This document shows, piece by piece, positions 1 through 4,312 of a DNA stretch of 4,312 nucleotides. The translations under genes and the position numbers were made by a program. How positions within the stretch are numbered: the first letter of the stretch is position 1; every line of letters starts with the position of its first letter. This DNA is from a virus (Duplodnaviria; Heunggongvirae; Uroviricota; Caudoviricetes), in IMG/VR virus record IMGVR_UViG_2724679538_000006; one strand, 5' to 3'. The notes under the pieces are model-generated. The model made no database searches. It was given only the letters and a program-made list of their open reading frames with translations, and was not told where the DNA came from.

Positions 1-2899
1 TAATCGTGGGAGCAATAAGGAACTTGATCAGCGCCTCATTAATAAACGTCTGTCCGCCCTGTGTGACCAGTGCAGGAGTGGTGTTACCATTCGCCGGGTT
101 AATAAATGCCACCCGGTCTGCAGCCAGAAGCACCTGACTCTGCATGCCGTCCGGGGTATTCTCAATACCGGCACCGATACCCGCAATATAAAGGCGTCCA
201 TCCTTCATCTGTTGCAGCTTCACAGCCCACATACTGTTCAGGTTATTACTGGTGTCAACCTGAACCTTCTGTATCTGCTGGATTGCTGCGCTCTGGTCTT
301 TCAGTGTCTTGTTAACGGTCTCGGTGATTTCATTGCTGACATTCGTAATGGATGTCCTGATTTCAGCCAGATCCGGGGCAAGCTGACCGTTATCAATTTG
401 TGTCCACAGCTCCTGGGCCAGATGTGTTTTCCCTATCTCTCCTTTGAAAAAATCCAGATAGCCGGACGCATCATTACTCGGCTGGCCAACAGCTTCCACA
501 AATACCGATTTGCCGACGGTGTTCACACTGCGAACATAAAAATAATAATCATGGCCCGGCCTGATATTGATACTGGCAGCTATCCAGCACTGCGCCGTAC
601 CAAGATAACGCGCGCTGGTTTCAACCTGCCTGATATCGGTAATCCGCTTTTCCGAAAACCAGAACTCAAACTGTACCGTCGGATCATAAACCGCAAGATG
701 CGGCGTGGCGGTGATCTGAAAATAACCCGGCGTCAGCTCAATCCGCGACGGTGCTGCCGGTGCGGCAATCCGGAACGATACCGATGCCGGATCGCCCTGC
801 TGCTCCCAGGCATTTGCCGCCCGGACTGTCAGCCTGTAGTTTCCCAGCGCCAGTTGCGTGAAGCGGTATGTGGTTTCCGTCGTCCGGGCTGTGCTGACCA
901 GCCGCTCACTGCCGTCTTCCGCTGTCACGGTCAGACGAAGCAGGAAGCTCACGCCCTTCACCACCTTCGGCGTATCCCAGCGCGCCAGCACCTGATATTC
1001 CCCGCTGTCTGCGGTGACTTCGGCAGTCAGGTGCTGCACCGCTGGCGGCGTGACACCATTCACCGTGCCGCTCTGGTCGCCGTCAAAGTGCGCCCCGTTA
1101 TCCACGATGGCTTCTTTTTCCGGTATATGCTGCACGGCGGTGATGGCATACGTGCCGTCGTCGTTCTCACGGATACTCACGCAGCGGAACAGGCGCTGGC
1201 GCAGCGTCGGTAGCTTCAGCCCCCACACGCTGTATTCTGCAACGCCGTCAGGAACACGGCTCACTTTCACCTTCACGCCGTCGGTGACGGACTTAACTTC
1301 CACGCTGACCGGATTACCCTGACCGTCAACCAGGCTGATCAGCGTGGTGCCGGAGGATGGCAGCGTGATTTCACGGTCGAGCGTCAGCGTCCGGGTCTGG
1401 CTGTTCACCGCCAGCACGCGCCCGCCGATGCTGATCCCCGCATAGTCATCATCGCAGATTTCAATGACATCGCCCGGTACATGGCGAAGCCCTTCTGCGC
1501 CCACGCTGAAGTCCACGGTCTGCGTCTCCAGCAGCTCCGTTTTAATCAGCCACAGCCCGGCGCGGTGTGCCTGCCCCCGGCTGGTACAGCCAAAGGCATC
1601 CATCTTCGTGACGTTACGACCGTAACGGACAATGGCCTGCGTATCTTCCACAAGCTCTGTCGCCGTCTCCCAGCCGTTATTCGGGTCAATCCAGTTCACC
1701 TCAACGGCATTATGACGGTCCTTCAGGGCGCTGAAGCTGTAGCGGAACGGCGCGCCATCATCCGGCATCACCACATTACTGCGGTTATAGGTCCACACCT
1801 TATCCGATGGCCGGTCCTGCACGAACGTCAGCGTCTGCCCGTTCCATACCGGCATACAGCGCATCGCCGAGCAGAAATCACTGAGCACATCCCACGCCTT
1901 GCGCTGTGTGGTCAGGTACGCATTACAGGTGATGCGCGGCTCCGTGCCGCCAAAGCCGTCCGGCACTGACTGGTCGCAGTACTGGCCGATGACATACAGC
2001 GCCCATTTATCCACATCTGCCGCACCAAGACGTTTCCCCATGCCGTAGCGCGGATGGGTCAGCATATCCCACAGACACCAGGCCATGTTGTTGCTGTATG
2101 CTGGCTTAAACGTTCCATCCCAGATACCGCTGTATTGCCGCGTCTGCGGGTTATAGTTCGACGGCACCTGCAGAATGCGCCCGCGCAGATGATAATTACG
2201 GCTCACCTGCTGGCTGCCGAACTGCTCCGAATCCACCTGCACGCCGACCAGTGCCGTGTTCGGGTAGCCCTGTTTCACATCGATGATTTCGGTGTATGAC
2301 GACCAGAGCGTTTTGTTCTGCAGCTGGTCTGTGGTGCTGTCCGGCGTCATCCTGCGCATCCGGATATTGAACGGGCGCGGCGGCAGGTTACCCACCACCA
2401 CCGAGGCCAGATACTGCGAGGTGGTTTTGCCCTTAATGGTGATGTCTTTTTCCGTCACCCAGCCACCATTACGCTGGATCTGAACCAGCAGGCGGACTTC
2501 CGACGGATTCCTGTCCCCCTTTGAGGTGGTTTCCACCAGTGCCTGCACGCCGAAGGTAAAACGCAGTCGGTCAATGTTTGCCGACGTGATGGTCCGGGTG
2601 ATCGGCGTGTCGTATTTCACTTCCGTACCCAGCACCGTCTCGGAGCCGGAGGATTCAAATCCCTCCGGCGGTGTCTGCTCCTGCTCACCGGCCCGGAACA
2701 CCACCGTGACGCCGGAGATATTGGTATTCCCCTCACTGTCCAGCACCGGCGTACTGTTCAGCAGCACGCTTTTTAATCCATCCACCGGACCTTCAACCGG
2801 CCCTTCGCTGATGGCATCGATCACACTCAGCAACTGCGTGGACTTCAGGTTGTCCTTCGCTTCGCGCGGAGTATGCCCCTTACTGCTGCCTTTACCCAT
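1..2899 (-). CDS. J: Tail tip / host specificity protein J (central tail fiber), 5'-partial: N-terminal 966 codons present, C-terminal end lies beyond window position 1
   Basis: Translating the minus strand from the ATG at 2899..2897 gives [210 protein letters not shown]..., which I recognise as the N-terminus of phage lambda gpJ. The frame must stay open to position 1, because any in-frame stop would have produced a complete minus-strand ORF in the supplied track and none is listed for 1..2958. The last residues I translated at the window edge are ...[69 protein letters not shown] Shine-Dalgarno sits 8 nt upstream of the ATG. Confidence 0.95.
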   Translation of the reverse strand, partial: MGKGSSKGHTPREAKDNLKSTQLLSVIDAISEGPVEGPVDGLKSVLLNSTPVLDSEGNTNISGVTVVFRAGEQEQTPPEGFESSGSETVLGTEVKYDTPITRTITSANIDRLRFTFGVQALVETTSKGDRNPSEVRLLVQIQRNGGWVTEKDITIKGKTTSQYLASVVVGNLPPRPFNIRMRRMTPDSTTDQLQNKTLWSSYTEIIDVKQGYPNTALVGVQVDSEQFGSQQVSRNYHLRGRILQVPSNYNPQTRQYSGIWDGTFKPAYSNNMAWCLWDMLTHPRYGMGKRLGAADVDKWALYVIGQYCDQSVPDGFGGTEPRITCNAYLTTQRKAWDVLSDFCSAMRCMPVWNGQTLTFVQDRPSDKVWTYNRSNVVMPDDGAPFRYSFSALKDRHNAVEVNWIDPNNGWETATELVEDTQAIVRYGRNVTKMDAFGCTSRGQAHRAGLWLIKTELLETQTVDFSVGAEGLRHVPGDVIEICDDDYAGISIGGRVLAVNSQTRTLTLDREITLPSSGTTLISLVDGQGNPVSVEVKSVTDGVKVKVSRVPDGVAEYSVWGLKLPTLRQRLFRCVSIRENDDGTYAITAVQHIPEKEAIVDNGAHFDGDQSGTVNGVTPPAVQHLTAEVTADSGEYQVLARWDTPKVVKGVSFLLRLTVTAEDGSERLVSTARTTETTYRFTQLALGNYRLTVRAANAWEQQGDPASVSFRIAAPAAPSRIELTPGYFQITATPHLAVYDPTVQFEFWFSEKRITDIRQVETSARYLGTAQCWIAASINIRPGHDYYFYVRSVNTVGKSVFVEAVGQPSNDASGYLDFFKGEIGKTHLAQELWTQIDNGQLAPDLAEIRTSITNVSNEITETVNKTLKDQSAAIQQIQKVQVDTSNNLNSMWAVKLQQMKDGRLYIAGIGAGIENTPDGMQSQVLLAADRVAFINPANGNTTPALVTQGGQTFINEALIKFLIAPTI

Positions 2900-2911
2900 T
2901 CCTCACGCTCC
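2900..2911 (-). promoter_or_regulatory. Ribosome-binding site for J (minus-strand sequence GGAGCGTGAGGA immediately 5' of the ATG)
   Basis: The reverse complement of 2900..2911 is GGAGCGTGAGGA followed directly by ATG GGT AAA. The GGAG core lies 8 nt before the start codon, which is canonical spacing. Confidence 0.7.
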
Positions 2912-2941
2912 ATAAACGACAAAACCGCCCGCAGGCGGTTT
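2911..2941 (-). terminator. Intergenic stem-loop between I and J: perfect 8-bp stem with 4-nt loop, followed on the transcribed strand by a T-rich tract (terminator-like or attenuator/mRNA-processing hairpin)
   Basis: Plus strand 2922..2929 aaaccgcc, loop 2930..2933 cgca, 2934..2941 ggcggttt are exact reverse complements. On the minus (mRNA) strand this reads AAACCGCC-UGCG-GGCGGUUU followed by UGUCGUUUAUGG, that is a GC-rich stem followed by a U-rich run, located between the I stop (2961..2959) and the J start (2899). Confidence 0.3.
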
Positions 2942-2958
2942 CACATAAACGTTTTTCA

Positions 2959-3630
2959 TCAGCGACCAATCACCACAACCTGACCACCATCCCCTTCGTC
3001 TGCCGTGCTGATCTCCTGAGAGACCACCCGCGACCCCACGCGCATTTCACCGTACAGAACCGGCAGAACATTGCCCTGGGCAACCATGTTATCCAGTGAG
3101 GAGAAATAGGTGTTCTGTTTGCCGTTATCCGTTGTCTGTGTACGGGGAGTTCTGGCTTTCGGTGCCAGCATCTGCGCCACACCACCGAGCACCATACTGG
3201 CACCGAGAGAAAACAGGATGCCGGTCATACCACCGGCCCCAATGGCTGCCCCCCATGCTGCAAGGGTGGCTCCGGCGGTAAAGAATGATCCGGCAATGGC
3301 GGCAGCCCCCAGGACAATCTGGAATACGCCACCTGACTTGGCCCCGGCGACTCTGGGAACAATATGAATCACAGCGCCATCAGGCAGAGTCTCATGTAAC
3401 TGCGCCGTTAACCCGGACGTGCTGACGTCCCGCCCGGCAATCCGTACCTGATACCAGCCGTCGCTCAGTTTCTGACGAAACACCGGGAGCTGTGTGGCCA
3501 GTGCGCGGATGGCTTCAGCCCCCGTTTTCACACGAAGGTCGATGCGGCGGCCAAATCGTTGCAAATCCCCGTAAAGGCAGATGCGCGCCATGCCCGGTGA
3601 CGCCAGAGGGAGTGTGTGCGTCGCTGCCAT
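2959..3630 (-). CDS. I: Tail assembly protein I (223 aa): N-terminal ubiquitin-like domain ending in Gly-Gly, then a Gly/Ala-rich hydrophobic C-terminal segment
   Basis: Complete ORF in the track (MAATHTLPLASPGMARICLYGDLQRFGRRIDLRVKTGAEAIRALATQLP...QVVVIGR). I recognise it as phage lambda gpI, with the same 223-aa length. A GAGG-containing purine run precedes the ATG. The gene order L-K-I-J and the I-J spacer of about 60 nt match the lambda arrangement as I remember it. Confidence 0.95.
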   Translation of the reverse strand: MAATHTLPLASPGMARICLYGDLQRFGRRIDLRVKTGAEAIRALATQLPVFRQKLSDGWYQVRIAGRDVSTSGLTAQLHETLPDGAVIHIVPRVAGAKSGGVFQIVLGAAAIAGSFFTAGATLAAWGAAIGAGGMTGILFSLGASMVLGGVAQMLAPKARTPRTQTTDNGKQNTYFSSLDNMVAQGNVLPVLYGEMRVGSRVVSQEISTADEGDGGQVVVIGR

Positions 3631-4271
3631 TTGTCGGTATACCTCTCTCGTTTGCTCAGTTGTTCAGGAATATGGTGCAGCAGCTCGCCATCACCACAGT
3701 AAATGGCGGCATGATTCGGCACCGATGAACCAAAACAGCACAGCAGCACATCGCCCGGTTGTGCTGATGACAACGGCACCTGATACAGCCCTGTGGCCTC
3801 CAGATTATCCAGATAGAGATTCTGACCGTGACGCCACCAGTCATCCCCGCGATGAAAATCCGGCATCTCAATCCCCGCCAGATGGTAAGCGTCCCGGAAC
3901 AGCGTGTAACAGTCCGTCACCCCGTGCTCAAAGCGCCGCCCGGTAAGATGCGGCACACAGCGGAATTTATGAATCGCCCCCCGGCAGACCAGCCACCACG
4001 GCAAATCACTCTGCACCTGCAGCCGCCGGTCGGCCTCACTCAGCCAGGGCAGACCACCGGGGTGGCTGTGGACCAGCGCCACAATCTCACCCTGCATTTC
4101 TGCCTGCAGCCAGTCCTCCGGCGACATCCGGAAATACGCCTCCGGCTCACCGGAGATATTCACGCAGGGGAAATATCTTTCCCCCTCCGGCGTTCTCACC
4201 ACGAAGCCGCACGACTCCGCTGGCGCACATCGCCGGGCGTGCGCCAGAATCGCTGATTCTGTCTCTGTCAT
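3528..4271 (-). CDS. K: Tail assembly protein K (247-aa long form): N-terminal JAB/MPN (JAMM) metalloprotease-like domain plus C-terminal NlpC/P60 cysteine peptidase-like domain
   Basis: Complete ORF in the track starting MTETESAILAHARRC. The JAMM motif HSHPGGLPWLSEAD (H68, H70, S78, D81) is coded at about 4029..4070; I checked codons 4068..4062 directly and they read His-Ser-His. The NlpC/P60-like catalytic Cys lies in HGVTDCYTLF (C121, about 3909..3911), with histidines downstream (HAAIYCGDGELLHH). The ATG lies 5 nt after the L stop codon. The 3' end overlaps the I start by 103 nt in a different frame. An alternative start at Met49 (4127..4125) would give the 199-aa form that I recall classic lambda annotation using. 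Confidence 0.9.
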   Translation of the reverse strand: MTETESAILAHARRCAPAESCGFVVRTPEGERYFPCVNISGEPEAYFRMSPEDWLQAEMQGEIVALVHSHPGGLPWLSEADRRLQVQSDLPWWLVCRGAIHKFRCVPHLTGRRFEHGVTDCYTLFRDAYHLAGIEMPDFHRGDDWWRHGQNLYLDNLEATGLYQVPLSSAQPGDVLLCCFGSSVPNHAAIYCGDGELLHHIPEQLSKRERYTDKWQRRTHSLWRHRAWRASAFTGICNDLAAASTFV

Positions 4272-4276
4272 GGGAT

Positions 4277-4312
4277 TTACTGCGAAAGTTTGTTAATGGA
4301 AAGGAAGCCGCC
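4277..4312 (-). CDS. L: Minor tail protein L, 3'-terminal fragment (last 11 codons plus stop); the rest lies beyond the window end
   Basis: The reverse complement of 4277..4312 reads GGC GGC TTC CTT TCC ATT AAC AAA CTT TCG CAG TAA, that is GGFLSINKLSQ-stop, which matches the C-terminus of lambda gpL as I recall it (...NFGGFLSINKLSQ). It sits directly upstream of K, as in lambda. Confidence 0.8.
   Translation of the reverse strand, partial: GGFLSINKLSQ

Noticed and set aside
212-1213. Long plus-strand ORF (333 aa) and the other plus-strand ORFs across 106..2915 (106..315, 1014..1322, 1481..1969, 2054..2299, 2283..2483, 2526..2915)
   Set aside because: All lie antisense to the verified J reading frame. 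Their translations are Arg/Cys/Pro-rich and low-complexity, typical of the stop-poor antisense strand of a GC-rich gene, and there are no convincing ribosome-binding sites. The minus-strand J translation matches a known protein family throughout.
2970-3203. Minus-strand ORFs 2970..3203 (77 aa) and 3656..3871 (71 aa)
   Set aside because: They are alternative frames nested entirely inside I and K respectively. The translations are Cys/Arg/Trp-rich nonsense, and no independent start signals are visible.
4125-4127. Internal Met49 of K as the true start codon (199-aa short form)
   Set aside because: Not rejected outright, but ranked below the upstream ATG at 4271..4269. The upstream 48 codons are open, encode conserved-looking sequence, and begin 5 nt after the L stop. 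Neither start has a strong Shine-Dalgarno, so the question remains open and is recorded as a finding.
3096-4256. Plus-strand ORFs 3096..3281, 3110..3367, 3492..3728, 3581..3946 and 3828..4256
   Set aside because: Antisense to I and K, which are confidently identified. The translations are compositionally biased (Pro/Arg/Ala-rich) with no recognisable motifs.
1-4312. Search for CRISPR arrays, tRNA/ncRNA genes, insertion-sequence ends or direct repeats
   Set aside because: I saw no spaced direct repeats, no tRNA-like cloverleaf candidates and no terminal inverted repeats. The window is almost fully coding on one strand.

Overview
This window is the tail-tip assembly module of a lambda-like (lambdoid) phage or prophage, with every real gene on the minus strand. 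Reading in the direction of transcription (from high to low coordinates) it holds the last 11 codons of minor tail protein L (4312..4277), tail assembly protein K (4271..3528), tail assembly protein I (3630..2959), a 59-nt intergenic spacer with a perfect 8-bp hairpin and a Shine-Dalgarno site, and the first 966 codons of tail tip/host-specificity protein J (2899..1), whose 3' end is cut off by the window. J and L are missing from the supplied ORF track because they run off the window edges; I found them by translating the minus strand myself. All plus-strand ORFs in the track are antisense shadows of these GC-rich genes. I found no CRISPR array, RNA gene, mobile element or sign of a novel system: this is a well-characterised conserved structural module. 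The points worth a second look are a mosaic junction in the 3' third of J, the long two-domain form of K, the domain layout of I, and the I-J intergenic hairpin.
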